DNA of 64,000 bases from contig NC_043019.1 of NCBI RefSeq assembly GCF_006345805.1, forward strand, positions 6,199,360 to 6,263,359, given 5' to 3'. Below, one piece after another: positions 1 to 10,959 of this stretch (position 1 is the first letter of the stretch; every line of letters starts with the position of its first letter). The notes beneath the pieces were generated by a model, which was not told the DNA's origin, made no database searches, and saw only the letters and a program-made list of their open reading frames with translations. The DNA is from Octopus sinensis (lineage: Eukaryota). The position numbers were made by a program, and so were the translations under genes.

Positions 1-199
1 AGGTGATATTCTTACGATCCATTTCTCGATTATCGATTTTGATTAAGTCTGAGTTCACGATCAACAATGGATGCTTGAGAAGTTGTGTTTCTATCAAGAA
101 TCTTTGAGATGACAGGAATGTAGTCAGTATTTTACATAACGTGGGACTCCATTTCTTGAAAGAAAATTGTTTTAACTTTTGACTTCATTAAGTGTTTGG

Positions 200-503
200 A
201 GGTTATTACATATTAAGAGATATTACATTTGGGCTATTATGTATTCCAAGTTATTATATACCTGGAGTTATTACATATTTGGTGTGATTACATATTTGGG
301 ATCATTAAATATTTAGGATTATTACATATTTGGTGTTATTACACTTACGGAGTTATATTTTTTGGTGTTATTTCATATTTGGGGTCATTACATATCTAAG
401 GTTATTACATATTGTGGATCATTAAATGTATGGGATTATTATATATTTGGGATTATAACATATTAGGCGTTATTACCTATAAGGGGTTATTATGTATTGG
501 GGC
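200..503. repeat. Degenerate ~18-bp minisatellite
   Basis: Recurring unit approximating GTTATTACATATTTGGG, roughly 15 diverged copies. Confidence 0.7.
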
Positions 504-1294
504 TTAAAGATTATCTTCAGTAAAGATCATTTTGTGTAAAGGTTAGCTTGAGTAAAGATTATCTTGAATAAAGCTTTTGCCAATTTTTCTATGACACAGT
601 ATTCAAATCATCGATTATCGCTAATCTTCGCAGTGCGGTTTGTATCAAATGACAAACAGTTCGCTCTCTTTGTTGTTAGCTTAACATTACAAATGTAGCA
701 TCTAAAGTCAACAACGCGAACTGATTGGTCTTATTGAAGAAATCTGTAGCCGCATTTGTAAGCAATTCTTCATTGCAAAAATCAGGTTATTTTAACATTC
801 CTACAAAAGTTCTCTTGTAGTTTTCAGTGAACTTTAAAAATTCCTGAACTAAAAATACAGGATAAGTAGTTGGGTTGGCTGAAAAGTTCATAGGCTGTCC
901 AAGATACTCTCATGGAATGTGACCAAATGCGGTTTATTTTCCAACATAGTTCCCGTTGCTGTTCGCACACTTCTTCCATCGTTGTTGCAGTGCTTGGATC
1001 CCTTTGGCAAAGAAGCTTTCATTCTGTTGGTCAAAAAAATCATTAATAACGGATATGACGTCATCATCACTGTGACCCTGATTCTCAGCCAACATTTTTC
1101 ATATTGAAGAACAGATGATAGTCAGATGGGGAGGGGTGATCAACCAATTCAAAGCCACTGTTATGTATGGCAGCCATTGAAATCAAGTTCTTGTTGTGAT
1201 GAAGCAAGACCAATTTCGTCAGTTTTCCTGGGTGTTTTGTCTTGATATCCTTTCGTAACTACCTCAGAAAGTTGGCATAGTACTCTCCATTGAT

Positions 1295-1550
1295 GGGGGT
1301 GGGTTTTTTAGACCCCCTAAAATTCAAACCAAGCAAATATACTGCATCATATCCGCCCTTATGCATTGAATCTAAGTTCCAAATATCATAAGGATCCATT
1401 CAGTAATTTTGGTCCATGAAACATTACTAAAATTTGGGGGTTGAGTTCCCGTTAGGGCGTCTTAGAATCATCCAAAGAAATTGAAATTTGGGGTATATTT
1501 TTAAAATTTATTTCTAATACCCATGGTTCAAATTTCATCAAAATCCGAAC
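1295..1550. mobile_element. Fragment of a non-autonomous Helitron-type repeat inside the mariner
   Basis: Shares catggttcaaatttcatcaaaat and neighbouring blocks with the Helitron-ended repeat at 6464-6900. Confidence 0.5.
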
Positions 1551-1874
1551 AATAAACACTATGCATTTTGCGTACCAAAAGGCTGAAGCCATCACCTTCC
1601 TTGCAGATGAAATGACCTTAGCCTCCTTCGTCGGGAAGTGAAGAGGGATGTTACCACTGCTTGTATTGTCTCTTTGTCTCTGGCACAAAATGGTGAACCC
1701 AACACTCATCCTGTCTTAGGAAACGTTCCAGATTTCCATGACATGATCAGGTGTCAGAAGACGTGGCACCCACTGAGTAGAAAGAAGCCTTAGTCTTGCC
1801 AAGTTCATTGTGCATTATCTCAACTCTTTCAGAGTCCAATGGCATTGACTACTTTTATTTATAATCAATCACCT

Positions 1875-2104
1875 ATTTCTTTACTACCCACAAGGGGCTA
1901 AATACAGAAGGGACAAACAAGGACAGACTAACAGATTAAGTCGATTACATCGATCCCAGAGCGTAACTGGTACTTATTTAATCGACCCCGAAAGGATGAA
2001 AGGCAGAGTCGACCTCGGCGGAATTTGAACTCAGAACGTAGCGGCAGACGAAATACAGCTACGCAATTTGCCCGGCGTGCTAACGATTCTGCCAGCTCCC
2101 CGCC
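1875..2104 (-). mobile_element. tRNA-derived SINE, family A (Deu/Nin-like core), full length with TSD
   Basis: A/B-box head, core gtcgac..gcctttcatcctttcggggtcgattaaataagtaccag, and 17-bp TSD tttataatcaatcacct at 1858-1874 and 2105-2121. Confidence 0.9.
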
Positions 2105-2955
2105 TTTATAATCAATCACCTGTCATCCCTCAGCATGTAGTGAACACGACCAATGTTTTCTTCGGTGGTAGCAGTTGAAGGGCGTCCAAACCTTGTGTCA
2201 TCTCCAAGACTCTCCCTTTCCCTCCAAAATTCAGTATCCCACTTTTGCATTGTTGGTAAAGCTGGAGCGTCATCCCCTTATGAAGTAACCATATCAGCGT
2301 GAATGGTGTTGGGGGCTAAACCCTTTTTTCCACAGGTACATGATAACACGATGATGTCAAATTTTGTCCATTATTTTGAGAAGTCGCGACTATTAATTAC
2401 TATTGAAGTCTTCTTGAACAATCAGAATAATTATAATAATTAATTATAATAGATGTCAGTTTACCCGACAAGAAACAATGCAGTTATTAATAAGAAAGAT
2501 TGAAATTAACGTATGCAAGATTTCACAGTTATACCATAATTCCTTCTTAGTCGGCCTACGAACTTTGCAGCCCAACTCACGTATTTTACTTTCTTTCACA
2601 CCTGCTAAATGTTCATTTTTGAACTTTTGAAATAATTTGTGTATGAGTGATTCTACAAAGGAACGTGTATAGTTTATATTTCGCCAAATAATTGGCAATA
2701 CTACATATTCAGACGATATACATATATGTGGCCTACATCTAACAGTACAGATTCAACTACAGTGCATATATATATAGATAAGAAAGTTTGTTTGGTAAAG
2801 CACGTGGGTGAATATATAAGAAAATGGTAAAGTGTGAAAAAACGACAGAAGGCTTAAATGTTAAAAAATATATATATTTGTGTCAAAATGTCTGGAGAAT
2901 ATTGGAAAAATTTTTTTTTTCCTTTCCTTAAAATGACATAATTTAAAATTTTTTA

Positions 2956-2995
2956 AAGAAATTACCGGTTTCGCGTGTAGCTTTTCAAATTTCTT
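2956..2995 (-). ncRNA. Minimal type I hammerhead ribozyme, U3-A8 core variant, in the PLE 3' end
   Basis: Minus strand reads AAGAAAU-UUGAAAA-GC uacac GC-GAAAC-CG-GUA-AUUUCUU: 7-bp stem I and palindromic stem III ACCGGU, ~135 nt downstream of the PLE stop. Confidence 0.75.
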
Positions 2996-3131
2996 GTGAC
3001 GTTATGTTTATATTGCATGGAGTTATCGTTGTTTTTATTTCCAGGAGATTTCTAAATAAGGGGAAGTAGTGAGTGATTTCTTCCGGTGTAAGGGAGATAA
3101 TCGCTTAAATTTTTTTTTTCCCTTTTCCTTG

Positions 3132-5250
3132 TTAATTTCTCTGTGTGAGTATGTTCGGATGGTTGAGTCTGGGTTTGTACTTTTCAATGAAGAATGTTTC
3201 CTTGTTCAGTCTCATTTGTGTTGATGATCCGAAAGCACATTGGTAAAATGGGAAGATTAAAAATTGTGGCAGTAGTTGCTTTGCGCATTTCTCAATGTGC
3301 TCACTAAAAGGTATCATTCTATATTCTGGGAATGCAATCTGTTGTCGATGCAGTGTGCATCTACGCCTGAGTGATAGTCCCGTGGAACCCACGTAGTCTT
3401 GGTGGCAGCCCGAGCATTTAATAACATAAATTATGTTTTCAGAGGCACAAGTAAAGTTAGATTTGATCTTAAATTTCTGTCCCTCTTTAAAGAAGAATTC
3501 TGATCCTTCCAATAGGTTAGGACATGTTGCACAGTTCGATCTACCACATTTTTTTACTTTTGCATCCGTAATTTTAGAAGACAATTTTGCCTTTGTGAGA
3601 ATCTTTTTAAGTGATTTAGGCTGTTTGTAGCTTTTAATGATTTGGTGTATGTTTAGAATTTCCTTTAATTTGGGGTTTTTATGAAGTATTGGTAAATTCT
3701 GGGTGATGATGGTGAAGGCTTCTTTGTTTCTGGGGTTGTATGTAGATATGTAAGGTAGTATTTTCGGGGAAGGTGTGTTGTTGTGTTGAGCTTTTCTTAA
3801 AGTTTCTATGTTGATTTCTGTTGCACGTCTGATCCCATCCTCTATGAGTTGAGCTGGGTAATGTCTGTCAATTAGGGTGTTTTTGAGTTCTTGCAGTCTA
3901 AAGTTCCTGGTATTTTGTTCTGACACTATTGTGCATATCCTTCTTGCAAGGTTGAAGGGGATGTTTGTTTTAGTGTGTCTTGGGTGGCATGAATTAAAAA
4001 GAAGGTATTGTTTGGCGTCTGTGGCTTTGTAAAAAATGTCTGTTTCTATTTTAAGGTTAATTTTTTTAATTAGTATATCCAAGAACGGGAGCTCCTTTTG
4101 GTTGTATTCCATTGTGAACTGTATATTTGGGTTTATGCTGTTCAATAGGTTTTTAAATTTTAGGAGTTTATCTGTTTTCATTCCAAAGAATGAAACAATC
4201 GTCTAGGAATCGTTTCCAATTCTCTTTTATGTATTGAGAGAGGGAGTTTCCAAAGATTAATAGAGATTCCTGGTAAATGATTATTTCCATGTATCCCATT
4301 GTTAAGTTAGCAATGACTGGTGCTGCCCTTGTACCCATAGCAATTCCGGATTTTTGACGGTAAAATGTATTGTCAAACATGAAGTGGTTATTGTGTAGGA
4401 TGAATTCAATTGATTTAGTAATGAATTCCTTACTGATCCTTTTTGGTATTTCTTCCGGAAATTGGTCTAACCAGAATTGTATTGCCTCCAGTCCATAATT
4501 ATGAGGTATACTGGTATACAAGTTGACTACATCAAATGAAACCAGGATTGTTTCTTCCTTGGTTTTTTTTGGAAGGTGGTTTAACATATCTAAGTCATCT
4601 CTGATATGGCTATCGATATGTTTAAGGAAGGGTTTCAAGAGGATGTCCATAAGTAGACTTAGTCTGTGTGTTTCACAGGTTGGGCCAGCTACAATGGGTC
4701 GTAGTTTTAGGTCCCCCGGATTAGGTGTGTGTATGTATGTCTTTGGTGATTTTTTAATGGTTTCATTTATAATTTGACTTTTATGAATTTTTGGCAGACC
4801 ATAGAAAAGGCTAGGTTTGCATTTAAAGTTTGTTAGGAAATCAATCTCTTTGGTTGTCAGTTCCTTTTCATGGGTTTTAATTAGTGAAGATAGAGTTTTC
4901 ATTATTTTTTGTGGGGTGTAGTTGGTAATTTTTTCATAATGTCGGTCTTCATCAAGCAAGGAAATTACAAGATTTCTGTAGTATGATGTATCCATTATTA
5001 CAACTGCATTTCCCTTGTCCGCTTCCTTAATGGTTATATCTTCATCATTTTGGAGTTCTATCAGTTCTTTCCATTGTGTAGTGTTAAAATTTGGGTTAGC
5101 TTTCTGTTTATGTATAGTATGGTAGGGGAAGTTCTCAATGTGGTTACAGAATTCGTCAAGATCTTTATTTCTTCCTCTGTGTGGGATGTGTTCACTTTTG
5201 TTCTTGACTAGTGATTCATCTTCAGTATTGAAACTGTTTGATGCTTCTGC
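3132..5250 (-). mobile_element. Penelope-like retroelement (Neptune-like), RT + GIY-YIG ORF, 5'-truncated, one frameshift near 4170-4180
   Basis: RT motifs IKEADKGNAVVIMD, FYGLPKIHK, LRPIV, SFDVVNLYTSIPH, GIAMGT, RFLDD; thumb LPFLDI/HPRHTK; Cys linker CGRSNCATC; GIY-YIG NIIYVIKC..YVGST..RRRCTLHR. Confidence 0.95.
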
Positions 5251-5327
5251 TAGTCTTATGCTAGTCTTCTGCTAGTCTTGATGCTTCTGCTAGTCTTATA
5301 TATATATATATATATTATATATATATA

Positions 5328-5392
<65 letters not shown>

Positions 5393-6380
5393 AAAGTGTT
5401 CAGCGAAGCATTTAGCGTTTATTTCTGTTAGAAGTAACATATAGTCTATGAGAATTCTTACTGTATTTGTGTAGGAAATAGTTATGTCATTTAAATTTAT
5501 ATTTCTTTATCCGAAATTGCCTTAATGGTAGAATAATCCTCTTTCTGAGAATTTCGATAACAAAAATCTGTTGTTTCTGAGGTAAATAAGTTTTCAGGTA
5601 ATCCAATTTCCTCTCTTCTCCGTATGTTTTTCCAGTTGTAAACACGCTGAAAATTTTGGCAGTACTACAAAATTGATAGATTAGCCACTGATTTGCATTG
5701 TCGTGGAAGATTTCTTTCAATCGTATTACTCTACGGTTCATTTATTCTAATAGTTCTGCTTCAAAGGTTTGTTTTAAGCCAATCTTTTTAAAATTGAAAA
5801 CAGATTCCTTTTTCTTTTTATTCTATTTCTTTTTATTTATTTATTTTTTTTTTTTTTGTTCAGTGTTGTATTTATGTTACATTCTGTTCCACGGAAGGGT
5901 GTAATTGATATGGTGCTAACAGATTATCTGGAGGAAAAAATATACCTCGGTTCTGTCTGGTGAACAATGGTGGCGTCTCTTTCATTATTCATTCTGTAAC
6001 ACAACAAGAATGCAAGTTCGCTCAACAAACAGATAAGTACAATAAGCTTAAAGGATTGACTAAAAAGTCAAACATTCTCGTGATGAACTGAGGCTCTAAT
6101 ATTGTTTTCCTTAATTTCATTCGCGGTTTTGCAACAACCAAGATTCTTTAAAAAAACAAAATCTATCAAATTTTCAATAGTAAAACCACTCCCGGTATAT
6201 CAATAAACCGGTATAGTTGCAAAACATCAATGTAAATTCACTGTAGCAAGCATTGTGTAAGTGGCGATGTATCGGCATTTTTGTAAGCGGGTCAACATCT
6301 ACATAGTTTGTAGCTGTTCACACACACTCACGCATACATACATGCGGGTGCGCGCACACACACGCATATAATATGTTTAT

Positions 6381-6463
<83 letters not shown>

Positions 6464-6464
<1 letters not shown>

Positions 6465-6900
6465 TAGCAGAGATACCCGGCGTTGCCAGTGTCACATGGA
6501 ATTGAAGAATTAGACTTTTCTTTTATATTTTCTCTAATGAACTAGGATACCTATGGTTCAAATTTCATCAAAATTGGAGATTAAGAATTTTAATGAGGGT
6601 TCTTTCCCCCTTTACACACCCTAACAAAAATTCTAATCATGACATATTTATCCCATACTACTCATCTTTATGCCCAGATTCCAAAATCCAAGTCTTATAA
6701 AACTCAATCAAAGGTTTTGTTCCTGAAAAGTGGAACACATGGAGCACATGGAGCTCTAAAATGTGGGAGTTTAGGCCCCTAAATTCAGTGGGAGTTTAGC
6801 CCCTTAAAGTCAGCCAGAGAAGTTGAATTGTTGGGAATCATTTTTAACTTCTGTCATATCTATTGTTCAAATTTCTTTGAAATCGGAAATATATGAACGT
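6464..6900 (-). mobile_element. Non-autonomous Helitron, 3' end
   Basis: Minus strand ends ...ggcaacgccgggtatctctgCTAG-t (GC-rich subterminal motif + CTAG) abutting (TA)n. Confidence 0.7.
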
Positions 6901-6984
6901 TTACTGGATTTGTAAAAGAGAGCAAAGCTAGAGGAAACCAAAAGACGAATGATCACAATAAGCAGTCAGCTACCCTATCTTAGT

Positions 6985-7071
6985 CGTTACCACTCCCCAG
7001 TGTAGGATTCCTCGCCACACAGGTGACCGGCACAGCCGTAAGATGCATTACGGATCTATAGCAATTGGAAG
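6985..7071 (+). ncRNA. Candidate degenerate HDV-like ribozyme
   Basis: P1 GUUACC/GGUGAC, L3-like UUCCUCG, GG after P1', P4 CCGUAA/UUACGG, J4/2-like GCAAU. P2 is imperfect and P3 atypically long. Confidence 0.35.
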
Positions 7072-7432
7072 GGCGCGACCCAATTCAAATAAACATTAAC
7101 AACAGTGTGATGTGAGGGCTAAAGGGAAATGAAAGTGTCTCCTCTGGAGTTTGCAAATGATCACTATGCCGATAGGTCACTGAACAGAATAAATTTGCAA
7201 TTTATAAATCTCTTTGAATGACCAATCACTTATCTAGAAAGGCCTTAAAATCAATGTTACCATCTGTGAAATATCTCTGACCCAATTATAATAAAAAGAC
7301 TCAGAGAAGGTCTGCAACCAAACAATTTTACTCAAAATAGCACTTTGCATCTGAATCAGGGAGGTAAAGATGCTCCTCCTTTACTTGACAATTTATGCAC
7401 CACATTGATTCTGATAGAAGCAAACATGATAT

Positions 7433-7654
7433 TGGCAGAAACGTTTGCACGCCGGGCGAAATACGTAGCCGTATTTCGTCTGCCGTTACGTTCTGAGTTC
7501 AAATTCCACCGAGGTCGACTTTACCTTTCATCCTTTCGGGGTCGATTAAATAAGTACCAGTTACGCACTGGGGTCGATATAATCAACTTAATCCATTTGT
7601 CTGTCCTTGTTTGTCCTCTCTGTGTTTAGCCCCTTGTGGGTAGTAAAGAAATAG
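7433..7654 (+). mobile_element. SINE family A
   Basis: Reverse-complement match to 1875-2104. Confidence 0.9.
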
Positions 7655-7789
7655 AATAATTCTCCGTCATACGTCTACAACCCCACCTCTTTTTTTAAGT
7701 AAAGACAAACGCTTTCTAATTGTGACAATGAAACAAGGGGTTTAGTCTTTACCGCCAAAATTAATTTCTCTTGCATTTTCTCTCTTTTC

Positions 7790-8203
7790 ATTTGTCTTAT
7801 GAAGAAAGGCTGAAGACGCTCGACCTTTATTCTCTAGAAAAACGACGGCGCCGTGGTGATCTCATTCTTGCTCACAACATCATAAGCGGAAAGCGTAACC
7901 TCTCGAAAGAGCTGTTCTTCACTCCTGCTCCAGAGCGTCGGCTGAGAGGTCACTCCGAAAAGCTCTATCTGCGACGATTTCATCTCAATCGAAGGAGAGG
8001 GGCTTTCTCCGTCCGGGTTGCGGATCCGTGGAATAAGCTGCCAGACGAGATGGTGAAGATGCCGACGACCGCTCAGTTCAAAGTCTCCCTTGACCACAAG
8101 TGGCCTGAACTCTTTACATGAACACCACCCTGTACATAACTCCATGTCCCCCTACATGGCCTTGCTTTTTGCTTTTTGAGCCAAAAAATTAACTTAACTT
8201 AAC
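7790..8203 (+). mobile_element. CR1-clade LINE 3' fragment
   Basis: LSYEERLKTLDLYSLEKRRRRGDLI...LRGHSEKL...FSVRVADPWNKLP, followed by a short 3' UTR ending in (aactt)n. Confidence 0.85.
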
Positions 8204-8850
8204 CCTAAACCATAAATTTGCTGACAGCAGGGCCGGCGCTAAGCCTCTGCAACCCAACGAAGAACTAGAATTGCTATAATGTAAAACTTAAAATTCGATG
8301 TTACACACAACTTATGCAATTTTCAGAAGAAAAAGAAACAATAAGATTTCTAAATAACGAAAGGTCTTCATACGGACGCACGCCCGGTCAAAACTCTTAT
8401 TACATTGATATATCTCATTCATTCATTCGGTCCTTTAAGCAATTTACACTGTAGGATATCTTTCAATTTATACGATAAACTTTATAAATGTTGAGGTTCA
8501 ATATTCCCGCGACATAAGTTAGAGATATCGACATGAGTTATTCAAATACTTGTTCGTGGGATGGACCTAATAAAATTAGCTAGAGTACACTCGATATTTC
8601 ATATTTAAATCCGATGATACTATTTCTATTTGGATAGGGATTAGAAAATGTTATATCTTGATAAACTTCCAATACATATTTTGGATATTTTTGGAACAAC
8701 TCGCCTTATTAACACTTGATATTTCACATTTATATCCAATATGAGTATTTATTCTTGGATATAGACTGAATACCAGTTACGCACTGGGGTCGACGTAATC
8801 ATTTTAATCCCTTCCTTTAAATTTGAGAGCTTGTGCTTCCAGTACAAAGA

Positions 8851-8910
<60 letters not shown>

Positions 8911-8951
8911 TATTATCATTATTGTTATTATTATTATCATTATTATTATTA

Positions 8952-9440
8952 TTGAGTGAGAGAGCAGCGCTTGCCATCAAAGTGATACAGGGGTAAAATA
9001 TACGAAGCCCGGTATACCCATCATGGCTATCTGTCTGGCAAGGGTACAGCAGGTACATGCATCACAACAATATGTACGCCACATGGTGACCTTATATCAA
9101 GATAAACAACACATGACCTTGCAGATGGGGCCCAGTTAAAATTTTCTTCATCCTGCTCAAAAGGTCCCTGAATGAGGGTTGTTTAAGGATGATGAATGAA
9201 ACACATATATTTCCAAATGTGAAATATTCAAACCTCAGATAATTCCTCTCAACACACGGCTACGATGTTCTCCCACTAATTCTGCTCGTGATCAGAGATG
9301 CACATATCGCCAGTCACTAAGGGGCATGCTCAACCGGTTAAGGTCAAACAACTGACAAAGCAAATTTGTGTTATTGAGCAGAATATTTGCTGTAGCCTAC
9401 ATTTTATACCAAAACAAAACATGCACATGATAACACTTCC
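8952..9440 (-). mobile_element. ~560-bp ORF-less interspersed repeat inserted in (AAT)n, copy 1
   Basis: Reverse complement of 21360-21915, flanked by ATT repeats. Confidence 0.85.
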
Positions 9441-9599
9441 ATTATTATTACTATTATCATATTATAATTCTGCTTGTTCCTTCCTTAGTTAGTTCGTTCG
9501 TCCGTTACGCTCTTCATATAATATATAAGAGGAGGGACAGAGAGGTAGTGAGAGAAAAAGAGTCAGAGAGAGGGAGATGGAGAGAGAGTAGTGATAGGA

Positions 9600-9644
9600 A
9601 GTGTGTGTGTGTATGTGTATGTGCGTGTATGCGTGTGTGCGTGT

Positions 9645-9699
<55 letters not shown>

Positions 9700-9916
9700 A
9701 CGTGCGTGTGTGGTGTGTGTGTGTGTGAAACAGAAGACAGATAGATAAATACAACAACACATTGTTAAATAAAAAAGAAATAACCACTGAAAATATTCGA
9801 TGTTACTTTTACTTTTCGATACATAGAGGGGACACAGAGGTAGTGAGAAAGAAAGAGTCAAATCAGAGGGAGCGAGAGAGAGAGAGAATGGTGATAGGAA
9901 GTGTGTGTGTGTGTGT

Positions 9917-9955
<39 letters not shown>

Positions 9956-9978
9956 CGTGTGACATTCTCTATCTGTTT

Positions 9979-10051
<73 letters not shown>

Positions 10052-10080
10052 CACACATATCTATCTATCTATATATATAT
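9600..10080. repeat. Compound (GT)n / (GATA)n microsatellites with a small duplicated flank
   Basis: Direct reading; the block gacagagaggtagtgaga...gtgataggaag precedes both GT tracts. Confidence 0.9.
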
Positions 10081-10155
10081 ATGTAATCTTTTGAGCACCA
10101 CCAGCTCATATATTTTCTCCTCTGTCTTCCCTCCTTGGGATCTTTCCTTCTCCTT

Positions 10156-10190
10156 GTTTCCGACGAAGAGCTCCGCTCGAAACGTTAAAC
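10156..10190 (+). ncRNA. Minimal hammerhead motif (U4C) in a short PLE-end-like repeat
   Basis: GUUU-CCGACGA-A-GAGC ucc GCUC-GAAAC-GUU-AAAC, with palindromic AACGUU stem III. Confidence 0.65.
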
Positions 10191-10314
10191 CCTCCTTCCC
10201 TTCTTTCCTGAGCGTCAATAATACTTTAATTGTTCCACGTCCTGCGTTGCTGTGTGTTTTTTCTCTTTTTTTCTCTTTTTTTCTTCTTTTTTTTCTGTGT
10301 TTTCTTGTTTGGAT

Positions 10315-10363
<49 letters not shown>

Positions 10364-10959
10364 TATATATATATTATATATATATACCATACTGTATAGA
10401 TATGCGTAAACTGTAAATCGGGGATGGGATTTATATCTATATATATAATGAAACAAATTTTGAAATTGAATTATGGTATTCAAACGTAATCTGTGTAATA
10501 AAATAGATAAATATAACAAAGTTTGAAATTGAAATAAAATGTTACTCAAAACGTGGAGGGGTTTTTTTTCTTTTTTTTTTATCGCGGGTGGCACTGACTT
10601 GCGCGGTTGCGTGCGTCCAGAAACAACGTGCAGTTGTCATGGTAACGAGCTGTTAATGCTTTGCTGTCTGTTGAAGGGCTAAAATTACCCAAATTTTCAA
10701 ACTTTAATTTCAGATAACATCAGATTCTTAATTTACGAGATAACGTAATTTCCTGAGAATAATCAAAATTCAGAACTGCGTCGATACACCAAAATTGAAA
10801 ACAATCTGAGCAAAATTAAAGGGGGGTGATTTTGTGAGTGAGACACAGAAGATTCGAATTACCTAAAACAGCCAATGTTCATCAATGTTTTTCTTCGCGT
10901 TTTGTATTCATATTATCTTGTGCTTCTTTTGTGCTTATAAACTGCATTCATCATAAACC

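Larger units (their letters stand above)
869..2581 (-). mobile_element. Decayed mariner transposon with both TIRs, interrupted by a Helitron-type fragment and a SINE
   Basis: Imperfect TIRs (gttgggttggctgaaaagttcataggc at ~869; ggcctacgaactttgcagcccaactcacg ending 2581) flanked by TA. Minus-strand peptide AKVISSARKVMASAFWYAKCIVFI resembles the mariner KVMASVFWD motif. Confidence 0.8.

Noticed and set aside
200-503. Regularly spaced ~18-bp repeats as a possible CRISPR-like array
   Set aside because: No unique spacers, degenerate units and a eukaryotic context; it is a minisatellite
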